Below, in pieces: positions 37,542 to 46,981 of a stretch of DNA of 64,000 nucleotides. The DNA lies in NCBI GenBank assembly GCA_965198225.1, contig CBDAOY010000009.1, positions 224,001 to 288,000 of the forward strand, given 5' to 3'. The stretch is from Terriglobia bacterium (GTDB taxonomy: Bacteria; Acidobacteriota; Terriglobia; 20CM-2-55-15). The translations under genes and the position numbers were made by a program. The notes beneath the pieces were generated by a model. That model did not search any database. It was not told the DNA's origin and saw only the letters and a program-made list of their open reading frames with translations. Within the stretch, counting starts at the first letter, position 1. The number at the start of each line of letters is the position of its first letter.

Positions 37542-38375
37542 CTACGCTTCAGCCTTCTCCAACACATACAACGCCTGACGTTGGGGGGTGTCGACCAGCA
37601 TGAAGTCGGTCATCACGTAGCCTCGCTCGAAATAGTGGCGGCAGGCTGTCCGAACTTTCTGCTGCCAGTCCCGGGCAAGTTGCTGGTCGGCCTTCTGGAC
37701 AGATGGGAAGTCGGAAGGGATCTCCAGAAGGATCGGGCTCTCGTCCAGTTCCAGGTCCGGCGACCCGGGCTGACGGTCGTGGACTTCGATGATCCGGAGG
37801 AGTCGATCGAAATCGCGCAGGATCACCGGGGCTTCGCCGCTGGTACGATCTTCGACACGCTCGGAATTCAGATGCCATTCAGCAACCAGCCGGTCCGTCG
37901 GCATGCCGTGGTGAAGCGGACTGCTGCTGACTCCGTACACGTTCTCTTCGTACTCGCAGACGATGGCACCAAGTTTCCGGAGATTGAAGTGGGCGTTCAT
38001 CGCTTGTAACGGGTCGAAGGTCCACCAGATTTCCGGGATGCCGTTTTCGAGCGCGTCTTCGCGCTGCGCCAGCTTGAGGCGGAAACCGATGTCGCGACCC
38101 CGGTAATCTCGGGACACACCGGTCATGTGAGACCACCAGATCAAGCCGCCGTCCGGCCTCCGCCCGAGCATTGCGAACGCAAAACCGACGACCCGCGATC
38201 CAGGTTCTTCGGCCACCAGCACGCTGCCACCGTACTCGTTTCCGATCAGGAGCAACGGCTGAGCGGCGATGTCTTCGGTGTCGGAGAAACTCCAGACTTC
38301 CTTCTGCAATTCGACACATGCCCGGTAGTCCTCCAGTCCGCGAGCACGGCAGATGTGAACGTCGACCTCTGACAC
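37542..38375 (-). CDS. GNAT acetyltransferase (COG3375-like)
   Basis: SHMTGV, LKLAQR, WTFDPL..NAHFN..KLG and TDRLVAEW. Confidence 0.85.
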   Translation of the reverse strand: MSEVDVHICRARGLEDYRACVELQKEVWSFSDTEDIAAQPLLLIGNEYGGSVLVAEEPGSRVVGFAFAMLGRRPDGGLIWWSHMTGVSRDYRGRDIGFRLKLAQREDALENGIPEIWWTFDPLQAMNAHFNLRKLGAIVCEYEENVYGVSSSPLHHGMPTDRLVAEWHLNSERVEDRTSGEAPVILRDFDRLLRIIEVHDRQPGSPDLELDESPILLEIPSDFPSVQKADQQLARDWQQKVRTACRHYFERGYVMTDFMLVDTPQRQALYVLEKAEA

Positions 38376-38510
38376 GGCTGCTAGAATAGCAAATCGACCT
38401 CCATGAACACCGAAAACAGAAATGCCAAGTCCGAGGCCATCGACAGCCTCGATACGCAGTGGTCGAACCGCCTTTGATAGACTCCAGTAAAGAGTGAGTC
38501 CGAAGACGCT

Positions 38511-39764
38511 ATGGACAAGCTGCGAATCAGGGGCGGAGCAGAACTCGAAGGAAAGGTCAGCATCAGTGGTGCGAAGAACGCGGCCTTGCCGGCTATGGCA
38601 GCCGCACTACTCACCCCCGACCCCGTCCACCTGGAAAACCTCCCCTTCGTCAACGACATACTGACGACGCGAAAGCTCCTGGGCGAGCTTGGAGCGTCCG
38701 TTGAGCTCCGCCCGGACCATTCCGGGACAGTGAACGCTGCGGTTATCACGTCTTGCGAGGCTCCCTACGAGCTGGTGAAGACCATGCGCGCGTCAGTGCT
38801 GGTGCTGGGACCGCTGCTGGCTCGGATGGGACGAGCCCGCGTTTCACTTCCCGGGGGGTGCGCTATCGGGGCGCGCCCGATTAATCTCCACATCAAGGGG
38901 TTTCAGAAGCTCGGCGCCGAAGTGCGGACCGAACACGGGTACATCGAGGCGAGGACAGACCAGCTCAAAGGAGCTGACATTCTCTTCGATCGCATTACGC
39001 ACACCGGGACCGAGAACCTGATGATGGCCGCCACCCTGGCCAGCGGCCACACGACCCTGCGGAACGCCGCTTGCGAACCGGAAGTGGCCGACCTGGCTGA
39101 GCTGCTCAACTCGATGGGAGCCCGAATTCGAGGAGCAGGAACGTCCACTGTTCACATCGACGGCGTCTCCGAACTCCACGGCGCCACCCACCGAGTCCTC
39201 CCCGACCGGATCGAAACCGGTACGTTCCTCGTCGCCGGAGCGATGACGAACGGAACGCTCGAACTCGACAACGTAGATACGTCGCTGCTTGAAAGCACAG
39301 TAGAAAAGTTGAAAGAGACGGGCGTCCGGATCGACGTGTCACGCGAGCGTCTCCGGGTGTGCGGGGTGAGGGATCCGGTCGCCGCCGACGTCAACACCAA
39401 GGAGTACCCCGGCTTCGCGACCGACATGCAGGCCCAATACATGGCTTTCATGACGCAGGCTCGGGGAACTTCCGTTATCACCGAGAACATCTTCGAAAAC
39501 CGGTTCATGCACGCAAGTGAGTTGATACGGATGGGCGCAGATATTAAGATCGAAGGATCCCGGGCAATCGTAAGGGGAAAGACCCCGCTCAGCGGCGCCA
39601 ACGTCATCGCCTCCGATCTGAGGGCGAGCGCGTCGCTGGTGCTGGCCGGACTCGTCGCCGACGGAGACACCGTCATCGACCGCGTGTACCATCTCGACCG
39701 CGGCTACGAGAGTATCGAAGAAAAGCTCCGCAGCATCGGAGCCCGCATCGAACGCCTCAAGTGA
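38511..39764 (+). CDS. murA: UDP-N-acetylglucosamine 1-carboxyvinyltransferase
   Basis: [21 protein letters not shown] and DLRASA. Confidence 0.97.
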   Translation: MDKLRIRGGAELEGKVSISGAKNAALPAMAAALLTPDPVHLENLPFVNDILTTRKLLGELGASVELRPDHSGTVNAAVITSCEAPYELVKTMRASVLVLGPLLARMGRARVSLPGGCAIGARPINLHIKGFQKLGAEVRTEHGYIEARTDQLKGADILFDRITHTGTENLMMAATLASGHTTLRNAACEPEVADLAELLNSMGARIRGAGTSTVHIDGVSELHGATHRVLPDRIETGTFLVAGAMTNGTLELDNVDTSLLESTVEKLKETGVRIDVSRERLRVCGVRDPVAADVNTKEYPGFATDMQAQYMAFMTQARGTSVITENIFENRFMHASELIRMGADIKIEGSRAIVRGKTPLSGANVIASDLRASASLVLAGLVADGDTVIDRVYHLDRGYESIEEKLRSIGARIERLK

Positions 39765-39795
39765 ACCCTGCGGGGAAACGGAAGGGCCGTTAAAG

Positions 39796-41598
39796 ATGAC
39801 GCGACCAACACGTCGAGCAGCGCTAATTCTCACCCTCATTCTGTTTCTGTCTCTCCCTGCGGCAGCTCAGGTCGAGCTCCCGACGCCCCTGGATCACTAC
39901 GAGACGTTCGATGCCAACGATATCGGTCTCGGTTTGTTCACCACTCTCTCCTCGCAACTGGACTTCGCCGCACAGATGACGGTGCAGCAGTTCATGAGCC
40001 CGCGTGGGGAGGGAGAGAGGCCGAGCGTCCCGCGTGAGGACGTCCTGGCCGTGCTGAACTCTCTGGATCTGGATGCGGTGTATGGCGATATTCTGGAGCT
40101 GATCATCCATCAGTCCAGCGTGCTCGACGTCGTTCCCGAGAATGCCTCACAGTGGATCCCGGTCGTCCACGACTCCCTCCTGTTCTTCATCGACGGCCTG
40201 GGTCGGGAACGGCTGTTCGAGCGGATACTGAACCTGATCTACCTGCCGGGCGGCTCTGGAAGAGGGGATCGGCTGCTGGAGTTCACCGACCGGACGGCAA
40301 GCCTCCAGAAGATCGGACAGATCCTCGCCCGCAACCCGGATCTCCCGGCCGACCTCCGGCAGTCGTTGCAGAATCTGGAAAACGGCATGTCGACTTCGGA
40401 CCGTGATGAGCTCGTCGAGTTCATTGCGGCAGAAGTCGGACCCGACAGCGTGGAAGCTTACCAGGTGGAGTTCGCCGACGAGATTCTGGCAGAGGCCAGC
40501 GTCGGGGCGGTGATCCGCGCCACCCTCACACCGCCGGATGTGGCAGAAAGCCACGATGTGGTGTTCAAGATCGTCAAGCCCTACGTCCTGGACTCGCTGC
40601 CTCAGGAGCTGGCGATCGTGGACGAAATCGCGGTGTTCTTCCAGGAGAACAGCGATTACTACGACCTGGGAAACATCCCTCTTTCGGACATGTTTCGAGA
40701 CGTCCGTACTGCGCTTTCGAGCGAGATCAGGATCGAGGATGAACAGAGCAACCTGATTCTCGCCGAAGCTTACTACGGCGACAATCCCCGCGTGCACGTT
40801 CCCCATCTGTATCCGTTCTCGACGCCCAACGTGACGGTGATGGAGTTCATTAGAGGCGAGAAGATTACCGACGCCCACCCGGGGCGAGTCCAAGCGCGAG
40901 CCGAGATGGCCCGACGCCTGAGCGATGCGTTGACGGTTGACGTCGTGTTCTCGACCGAGGAGGAAGCAATCTTCCATGGGGATCCGCACGCTGGCAACGT
41001 GTTTCACGTCTCCAGCGACCCATCCGACCCGTACCGCATCGCGCTACTGGATTGGGGGCTCCACGGAAGCTTCCCGCGGGCCCAGCGCGAGCAACTGGTC
41101 CAGCTCATGCTGGGGGTTTACCTCGGAAACGCCAAGCGTATCCGCAACAACGCCGGAGCCCTGTTAGAGGAGGGATTACCCGAGGAGCCCGGGGAGCTGG
41201 CGAAGGTCCGACGCATCGTCGACGAGTGCCTGGAAAACCGGGCCGAGACCTTCCCAACCCTGCAGAATCTGATCCTCGAACTCGCGAAGGAAGGGTTCCA
41301 GACCCGTTTCAACATCGCCTTGTTTATCAAATCACAGCTTACGATTGCCGGAATACTCAACGAGCTGGATCCGGAATTCGATCAGGACGCCTATTTCATG
41401 GGGCGTATAAGAGGGCTCGTCTGGCGCGAGTTCCCGAAACACCTGCTCAACACGGCATGGTTCCCCGGCTGGAACTCGCACGCCTACCGCAGCATGCTCT
41501 CCAACGAGGACATTCGGGACATCTGGACGAAGCAGTTGACGGGCTTTTTCAAGAGCATTGGCATCGGCATCGGTCGGGCGTTTGCCGCCGTTTTTTAG
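39796..41598 (+). CDS. ABC1/AarF/UbiB atypical kinase family protein with signal peptide
   Basis: KIGQ, EASVGAV, VFK, HGDPHAGN and LDWG; N-terminus RRAALILTLILFLSLPAAA-Q. Confidence 0.85.
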   Translation: MTRPTRRAALILTLILFLSLPAAAQVELPTPLDHYETFDANDIGLGLFTTLSSQLDFAAQMTVQQFMSPRGEGERPSVPREDVLAVLNSLDLDAVYGDILELIIHQSSVLDVVPENASQWIPVVHDSLLFFIDGLGRERLFERILNLIYLPGGSGRGDRLLEFTDRTASLQKIGQILARNPDLPADLRQSLQNLENGMSTSDRDELVEFIAAEVGPDSVEAYQVEFADEILAEASVGAVIRATLTPPDVAESHDVVFKIVKPYVLDSLPQELAIVDEIAVFFQENSDYYDLGNIPLSDMFRDVRTALSSEIRIEDEQSNLILAEAYYGDNPRVHVPHLYPFSTPNVTVMEFIRGEKITDAHPGRVQARAEMARRLSDALTVDVVFSTEEEAIFHGDPHAGNVFHVSSDPSDPYRIALLDWGLHGSFPRAQREQLVQLMLGVYLGNAKRIRNNAGALLEEGLPEEPGELAKVRRIVDECLENRAETFPTLQNLILELAKEGFQTRFNIALFIKSQLTIAGILNELDPEFDQDAYFMGRIRGLVWREFPKHLLNTAWFPGWNSHAYRSMLSNEDIRDIWTKQLTGFFKSIGIGIGRAFAAVF

Positions 41599-41676
41599 GC
41601 CTCTCGGCCGACAGGAATTAAACCAATTCACCTCCTCTGGCCGTGTGCAAAACCGCGAGGGGAGGCAAACAGAGGT

Positions 41677-42036
41677 GTAGGTGCGGTCTATGACCGCACA
41701 ACTAGTTACAGGCCACTTGACCTGTAACAGTATGAGTGTACGACGCCACCACATCCTTTACGCATGACGTCAGGATATCCTTTTCAGCTTTGGAGTGGAA
41801 TCAGTTGACACAGCGTCGGCAAGCGAAACTCTAGGATTGGGTGTAGGGGCGCTCTATGAGCGCACAGATTCCAGCCAAACCACCACTAGCTAGTGGCCTG
41901 TAACAGTGCTATCGGCCCGAAGGGTACCGATAGCTCCGTGCGAAGCCAAGAATTGTGCGGTCATAGACCGCACCTACACTTGCCTGATCTCTCGCCCGGG
42001 TGTACGGGCATTTGTGCGCTCATAGAGCGCACCTAC
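41677..42036. repeat. Nested REP cluster (four family A units plus extra hairpins)
   Basis: REPs at 41677(+), 41843(+), 41955(-) and 42014(-). Confidence 0.9.
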
Positions 42037-42183
42037 ACAGGATTGAGTCACGGAAGTTCTCATGCCTGACTACGCGGCAGTCTGGATTTCTGTAAGAAAT
42101 CCAGGCTAAACTCCAAGAGATTTCGGACGATCGAGCCGTTTCCGGTTCGAAAAGAGAACCAGCAGCCCAAGGATGACCTCAGA

Positions 42184-42705
42184 ATGCTCCAAGGCGGTCT
42201 GACAGCCTTTCTGGCATTGATCCTGGCATTCGGCCAGCAAACCGCAACAGCGCCTCCCGAAGAGGCGTTGGGCACGATCACGGGCCGCGTCGAAACCCCG
42301 GCGGACGAAGAGATCGGCGATCCGATTCAGGCCGTTCTTCTGGCCCCCCGGTGGGTCGATCTCTGGAACGGCGACGTCCAGAAAAGGCTCGACACCTATT
42401 TCGACCGCTACCGCCAGGCGTTCGCCCGCAACCCGGAATTCTTCAGTCAGGTCTCGAACATGGCGCACCGGGATGCCATCATCTTTGTGATCGGCCGCAT
42501 GCAGCGGGAGTTGGGGGAGCAGTTCACCCAGCTCGTCAAGGGGGTTTCCCCGGAAGGCCGCTTTGAGTTCGGCGACGTCCCGCTGGGCGAATACAAGGTC
42601 ATCGTTGTGGCGTCGGCCGACGCCCGAAACCTGATCTGGGCCGAGACCATCAAGCTCACGAGTCCCATTCCGCAATTCATCGAAATTCGAAACCGAATCC
42701 AGTAA
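42184..42705 (+). CDS. Exported hypothetical protein (carboxypeptidase-regulatory-like fold)
   Basis: Signal peptide, GTITGRV and GRFEFGDVPLGEYKV. Confidence 0.65.
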   Translation: MLQGGLTAFLALILAFGQQTATAPPEEALGTITGRVETPADEEIGDPIQAVLLAPRWVDLWNGDVQKRLDTYFDRYRQAFARNPEFFSQVSNMAHRDAIIFVIGRMQRELGEQFTQLVKGVSPEGRFEFGDVPLGEYKVIVVASADARNLIWAETIKLTSPIPQFIEIRNRIQ

Positions 42706-42708
42706 CCC

Positions 42709-43863
42709 GTGCAGGCTAACCAGTTTGTAATCGTCGCCGGCGAAGCGTCCGGAGACATGTACGGAGCCGAGGTCGCTCGCGCCCTGAAGAAAAAGTTTCC
42801 CGGCGCCCGGATCTTTGGACTCGGCGGAGATCGGATGCGCGAGGCGGGCGTGGAGCTCGTCGGCGACATCAGCCATACCGCGGTCGTGGGCCCTTTCGAG
42901 GCCGTGGGTTACTTCGGAACGCTTTATGGCGTATTCCGAAAGATCGCCGAACGGATGGAGTCGGCTGCGCCAAAGGCCGTCGTCCTGATCGATTTCCCAG
43001 ACTTCAACCTGCGCCTCGCGGGACGGGCCAGGGCGGAGGGAATCCCGGTGGTCTACTACATCAGTCCCCAGATCTGGGCCTGGCGTGAGGGTCGGGTGCG
43101 TCAGATCCGGAACGTCGTCGACAAGATGCTCGTGATCCTGCCCTTCGAGGAGGCCATCTACCGCAGGGTCGGCGTGGATGTGGAGTTTGTCGGCCATCCG
43201 CTGCTCGACATGGTCCACGCCAGGATGTCGAAAGGGGTGTTCCTCACAAAGTATCGCCTGGACGGCGGAAAGCCGCTCGTAGCCATCCTCCCGGGAAGCC
43301 GCCGCAAGGAGTTACGCTTTATCCTGCCTACCCTGTGCCGGGCCGTCGACCTGATCCTGAACGAGAAACCCGAAGCCCAGTTCGTGCTGCCTGTCGCCTC
43401 GGGGCTCGACGTCGACTTTGTCGGACGCTTCGTCGGTTCCCGCCCGATCCGTCTGATCACCGGGGACACCTACGACGCGATCCGCTACTCCCGGGCCGCG
43501 ATCGTGGCGAGTGGCACCGCCACGCTGGAAACAGCCCTCCTGGGCACTCCGGAAGTGATCGTCTACCGCATCGGACGGGCGACCTGGTTGCTGGGAAAAT
43601 TCCTTCTGAAGGTGCGCATGTTCGGTCTCGTCAACATCATCCTCGGCGAGGAAGTGGTCCCGGAACTCTACCAGGACAAAATGACGCCCGAGAACGTGTC
43701 CCGCATGACCTTGAAACTGATGGATGACGTCTGGACGCAATCCCAGATCCGCGGAAACTACGAAAAGCTCCGACGGCAGCTGGGTCGAGGCAACGTGGCG
43801 GAGAAGGTAGCCGAGGCAGTCTACGAAGTGGTTAACTCGTCACGCCGACGAAAGAAAGGATGA
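42709..43863 (+). CDS. lpxB: Lipid-A-disaccharide synthase
   Basis: AGEASGD, IDFPDFN, SPQIWAWR, LPGSR and SGTATLE. Confidence 0.97.
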   Translation: MQANQFVIVAGEASGDMYGAEVARALKKKFPGARIFGLGGDRMREAGVELVGDISHTAVVGPFEAVGYFGTLYGVFRKIAERMESAAPKAVVLIDFPDFNLRLAGRARAEGIPVVYYISPQIWAWREGRVRQIRNVVDKMLVILPFEEAIYRRVGVDVEFVGHPLLDMVHARMSKGVFLTKYRLDGGKPLVAILPGSRRKELRFILPTLCRAVDLILNEKPEAQFVLPVASGLDVDFVGRFVGSRPIRLITGDTYDAIRYSRAAIVASGTATLETALLGTPEVIVYRIGRATWLLGKFLLKVRMFGLVNIILGEEVVPELYQDKMTPENVSRMTLKLMDDVWTQSQIRGNYEKLRRQLGRGNVAEKVAEAVYEVVNSSRRRKKG

Positions 43864-44548
43864 TCCTGGACCCCACGGGTCGACCGAACACAGTCGCAGG
43901 GGTGAATTCAGCGAAGTAGAGCAAATCCCGCAACCACCTGTCGATCTGCGGATTGCTCGGTCCGGATACGATCTCGTAGTGAATGACTCGGCCGCTGTCA
44001 CTGATGTGAGTCTCCACCGTGAGCGTTTCCTCCAGATACCGTCCGTTTCCGTTCCCCGCAAATCGAGTCATCGTCGGACCCGTCACGCTGACACGCTGGT
44101 AGAGCAAGGGGGCATCCGAGACGCTATTATCGGCAGCGATGACTTCCGGCGCACCCAAACTACCCAGCAGGATCGTGAAGAACACCGCCGTGAAGAAGAC
44201 ACCGGCGATCGCTGGCAACGCGATCGGCCCGACGACATTCGCAAACTTGGTCTCGAGTCGCAGCAGGTAGTTCGTGTTCCGTTCCCGCGACAGCCGGACG
44301 CGGGTTCGGAGAGCAAGATCGACCGGAACTTCGGGTTCGGCCGCCGAGAGCAGCAGGTTCTTTACCGAAATGTAGGACTGGAGCTGCCGTTGACACGGGA
44401 CACACACCGAGACGTGGGCCTCCAACCGGCTGACTTCATCCCCACTCGCCATCGAGTCGATGAACGGGCTCATCAGGCCTTCGGCTTCGTTACAGCCGAT
44501 TCTTTCCGATAGCCGAAACGCCTTTCGTATCGATGCCAGAGTGTTCAT
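43832..44548 (-). CDS. Zinc-finger anti-sigma factor (HxxxCxxC), TM helix, TonB-C-like C-terminus
   Basis: HVSVCVPC, hydrophobic segment, FTPATVFGRPV; directly downstream of the ECF sigma. Confidence 0.8.
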   Translation of the reverse strand: MNTLASIRKAFRLSERIGCNEAEGLMSPFIDSMASGDEVSRLEAHVSVCVPCQRQLQSYISVKNLLLSAAEPEVPVDLALRTRVRLSRERNTNYLLRLETKFANVVGPIALPAIAGVFFTAVFFTILLGSLGAPEVIAADNSVSDAPLLYQRVSVTGPTMTRFAGNGNGRYLEETLTVETHISDSGRVIHYEIVSGPSNPQIDRWLRDLLYFAEFTPATVFGRPVGSRIILSFVGVTS

Positions 44549-44622
44549 GTTAGCCTCCCGGTAACGGAAAACATTAAGATCCGATTCCGCTACCAGTTCT
44601 TCCAGACCTCATCTGCCAGACC

Positions 44623-45258
44623 TCATCCGATGCGTTTTACCGACAGGTATCGCATCAGACACTTCTTTAGATCTGCGCGCGCCCGAGCCAGGCGCGACTT
44701 CACCGTTCCGATCGAAATACCGAGGATCTCGGCGATCTCCCCGTACGAGAAGCCTTCGATATCCCGGAGGACGATGATCGAACGGTGTTGGCTCGACAGC
44801 TTCCAGATGGCCTTCTGTATCTCGGTCTCCCGTTCCTTCGATTCCAGAATCGCATCCGGCGTGGGATACTCGTCTCTCACCTGAATCGTTCCGTTCCCGT
44901 TGCCGTCCGCATCATCCAGTGAAACGGTCGAATGCCGGTAGCGCCTCCTGAACCAGCGCAGGCGGTTCAGAACCTCCGAGAACGCGATTCGGTATATCCA
45001 GGTCTTCAAAGCAGCCTCACCCTTGAAACGGGCGATGTTCCGAAACACCTTCACGAAGATGTCCTGCGTGACGTCCGCAGCTTCGCCCGGATCACCGAGC
45101 ATGCGACACGCGACGTGATAGATCGAGGCGTGATACGTGCGGACCAGTTCGTCGTAGGCGGCATCTTCGTTCGCCCGCAGGCGAAGAACAAACAGGTTTT
45201 CCTCGGCGGATAATCCGACGGCCGCATCCAGCTCGGAGTATGAGATCTCCCTGCGCAT
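44623..45258 (-). CDS. ECF RNA polymerase sigma factor
   Basis: DVTQDIF, KTWIYRIA and YGEIAEILGISIGTVKSRLARAR. Confidence 0.95.
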   Translation of the reverse strand: MRREISYSELDAAVGLSAEENLFVLRLRANEDAAYDELVRTYHASIYHVACRMLGDPGEAADVTQDIFVKVFRNIARFKGEAALKTWIYRIAFSEVLNRLRWFRRRYRHSTVSLDDADGNGNGTIQVRDEYPTPDAILESKERETEIQKAIWKLSSQHRSIIVLRDIEGFSYGEIAEILGISIGTVKSRLARARADLKKCLMRYLSVKRIG

Positions 45259-45319
45259 TCTCGAAAGGCATCCCCCCGGAGGAACTTGAAACCTATCCTA
45301 ACATTAGCACCGTTCTTAC

Positions 45320-46732
45320 TTACGAGACACCGTCGGAGCCGATTTGTTCCACGAATCGGACGCCGGCTTCGAGGATCTCCTCAGCGGAAGCGCGGCTCGG
45401 AGCTTCGCAATAGACCCGCAGCACCGGCTCAGTGCCGGAGCGCCGGAACAGGATCCAGCTTTCCGGCCCCAGCATCAGCTTGACGCCATCGAGCGTCCGA
45501 ATTTCGGTAACTGGCTTTCCTGCAAATACTTCCGGGCTGTCACTTTCGAGCGAATGGATCAGACCAGCGCTTGTTTCCATCGGCAGATGCAGGTCCCGCC
45601 GATCGTAGTGGTATTCGCCGAATTCGGCCCACATGTCCCGAATCAGAAGGCTCAGTGGCTTCTGCTCCCAGGCGAGCAGATCCAGCATGAGAAGGTTCAC
45701 GAGGAGCCCGTCTCGCTCGGGGAGGTGTCGGGAGACCCCGACGCCTCCGCTCTCTTCTCCCCCGATTAGAATCTCCTGTTCGAGCATGAGCTCAGCAATG
45801 TTCTTGAATCCAATAGGTGTTTCGAGGACTTCAAGATCCAGAGCCGCCGCGATGCGCCCGACGAGCCTGCTCTGAGAAAACGTATGGGCCACTGCACCCC
45901 GCCACCCTCTGTTCCGGTACAGATGGAGGAGCAGTAGCGGCAGCACCTGCAAGGTGGGGATGAACGCACCTGTTTCGTCGATGATTCCAAGCCGGTCGGC
46001 ATCTCCGTCGGTCGCCAGGCCGACGGCACTGCCCGACTCGCGGACGGCATCCCGTAGAGGCTCCAGCTGCGGCATCATCGGTTCCGGGTCGACACCACCG
46101 AAGAAGGGGTCCGGCTCGCCACGGATCGTCCGAACTTCGCAGCCTGTGTCCAAGAGCAGGTCCTCCAACAGGCGACCGCCGCTTCCGTGCATGGAATCGA
46201 CCACCATACGGAATCCGGACTCCGAAATCCTCTCCCAATCGACGAGTGTTCGCAGGTGGGCCGAGTAGTCGGGGGTCGGCTCCACCGTCTCGATCCCTTC
46301 CGCCGACGAACGAACCGGACTGCGTCCCAACAGGGTCTCGATTTCGGACGTGATCGCGGTAGTAGCGCTTCCGCCGAAGGACGCTTTGACCTTGAAACCG
46401 TTGAAGTCCGGCGGGTTGTGGCTGGCAGTGATCACCACACCGCCAGCAAGGTTGCGCCGGCGCACTTCGAAGGAAACGTATGGGGTCGGGTAGGGTCGAT
46501 CCATCAAGAGCACCCGGAAACCGTTGCCCGCGAAGACTTCGGCGGTCGCGCGAGCGAACTGCGGGGAGAGAAAGCGGACATCGTAACCGATGAAAACACC
46601 GCGCTCACCGCCAGGCACCGAATGAAAGCAATCCGCCGTGGCTTGCGCTGCCACCCGCAGGCTTTCGAAGGTGAAGTCGTCGGCGATCACACCGCGCCAG
46701 CCGTCGGTGCCGAACTTTATTGGGGAGTTCAT
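45320..46732 (-). CDS. Phosphoglucomutase/phosphomannomutase
   Basis: FGTDGWRG, TASHNP, DGDADR, GEESGG and R.SGTEP. Confidence 0.95.
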   Translation of the reverse strand: MNSPIKFGTDGWRGVIADDFTFESLRVAAQATADCFHSVPGGERGVFIGYDVRFLSPQFARATAEVFAGNGFRVLLMDRPYPTPYVSFEVRRRNLAGGVVITASHNPPDFNGFKVKASFGGSATTAITSEIETLLGRSPVRSSAEGIETVEPTPDYSAHLRTLVDWERISESGFRMVVDSMHGSGGRLLEDLLLDTGCEVRTIRGEPDPFFGGVDPEPMMPQLEPLRDAVRESGSAVGLATDGDADRLGIIDETGAFIPTLQVLPLLLLHLYRNRGWRGAVAHTFSQSRLVGRIAAALDLEVLETPIGFKNIAELMLEQEILIGGEESGGVGVSRHLPERDGLLVNLLMLDLLAWEQKPLSLLIRDMWAEFGEYHYDRRDLHLPMETSAGLIHSLESDSPEVFAGKPVTEIRTLDGVKLMLGPESWILFRRSGTEPVLRVYCEAPSRASAEEILEAGVRFVEQIGSDGVS

Positions 46733-46758
46733 CGGGAAGTAGTCGGTATTTCGTTGGG

Positions 46759-46976
46759 CGTAGGCCGTAGGCCGTTAGTCGGCCAGCCAGTGCTATGCGA
46801 ATCGAGTCGCCCTTCACTGACACCTGACCACTGGCCACTGACCGACCAGAAGTGACGAGTGACGAGTGACAAGTAACAAGTAAGAAGCCGGAGCGGGGAC
46901 ACGCCTGGGTAGAAACCGCTGAGACGTGTGTTCAAGGCACGATCCTCCGACTCGTCACTCGTCACTTGTCACTTCC
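46759..46976. repeat. Heptanucleotide tandem-repeat cluster with inverted arms
   Basis: (CGTAGGC)n, (CCACTGA)n-like, (GTGACGA)n near 46852-46888 and its complement near 46950-46976. Confidence 0.8.
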
Positions 46977-46981
46977 CGGTA

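Noticed and set aside
41700-41950. RAYT transposase remnant between REPs
   Set aside because: No frame I translated gave an HUH-like motif or a sizeable ORF
41677-42036. CRISPR array
   Set aside because: Repeats are inverted, few, irregularly spaced and dispersed across the window; no cas genes
44602-44627. 12-bp direct repeat CCAGACCTCATC at the sigma stop and a possible ECF promoter before the anti-sigma
   Set aside because: Too short and weak to support without a consensus
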